Part shown: in pieces, positions 63,650-64,000 of the stretch
Numbering within the stretch: position 1 is the first letter of the stretch
How the letters are laid out: each line of letters starts with the position of its first letter
From: a virus
Reading direction: 5' to 3' (one strand)
DNA: 64,000 nt
IMG/VR virus record: IMGVR_UViG_3300024264_000019
Span: 14,209 to 78,208 of that record
Made by a program: the position numbers and the translations under genes
The notes under the pieces: model-generated
What the model saw: only the letters and a program-made list of their open reading frames with translations
What the model was told of the DNA's origin: nothing
The model's database searches: none

Positions 63650-63652
63650 TAT

Positions 63653-63880
63653 TTACTCCCCCCCATTTATATTTTCTAATTCGTTTTGTTTTTCTTGCCT
63701 TCTCATTGCATCAACAACTTCTTGGTCAACTAAATTATTAATTCTTTCTACATCTTCTACATGAGTATCAAAATAACAATCAATTAATTGTGCGATTTGA
63801 TCTACACATTCATTAAATCTATAATTATATCCACCATTTTGTGGGACATTGAAACTAATTTTTTGTGTTATGTAATTCAT
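63653..63880 (-). CDS. Hypothetical protein (leaderless)
   Basis: Start moved to 63880: TTGACA-17-TATTGT-6-ATG. Confidence 0.7.
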   Translation of the reverse strand: MNYITQKISFNVPQNGGYNYRFNECVDQIAQLIDCYFDTHVEDVERINNLVDQEVVDAMRRQEKQNELENINGGE

Positions 63881-64000
63881 ATCAGTACAATAAACGATCA
63901 AAAAGATTCTGTCAAGATTAAATCTCCACTTTCCCACATATCCCAATGAGATTCATAAGCATGATCCCAATTATCATACTCTCCATTTGCTACGGAAATT

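Overview
This 64 kb window is from a large, AT-rich tailed dsDNA phage with a siphovirus-like gene set (tail tube and tape measure present, no sheath recognised). It has three parts. (1) 1-44.0 kb is a minus-strand late/morphogenesis block: PhoH, a membrane-anchored subtilisin, an ECF-like sigma factor, an ERCC4-type nuclease, TerL, portal, protease/scaffold, decoration protein, major capsid, neck genes, tail tube, a sulfotransferase, chaperones, a 3827-aa tape measure protein (TMP) and tail-tip genes. (2) 44.2-56 kb is an early region of about 45 small ORFs in two convergent arms. Most ORFs sit behind sigma70-type promoters that give leaderless mRNAs. The region is punctuated by ten copies of a 71-72 bp dyad element: two 25-bp palindromic boxes, each matching back-to-back IHF consensus sites, around a central GGCWGCC. 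(3) 56-64 kb holds a candidate structured ncRNA, small ORFs and rIIA/rIIB-like genes. The most unusual items are the ten-element gene-cassette array, the TMP built as a polyprotein of cargo domains (two with PD-(D/E)xK nuclease motifs) delimited by a repeated G[FY]IPNF motif, the CCA-ended ncRNA, and mucin-like Thr stalks on several virion proteins. All family assignments come from motif recognition only; no database searches were run.
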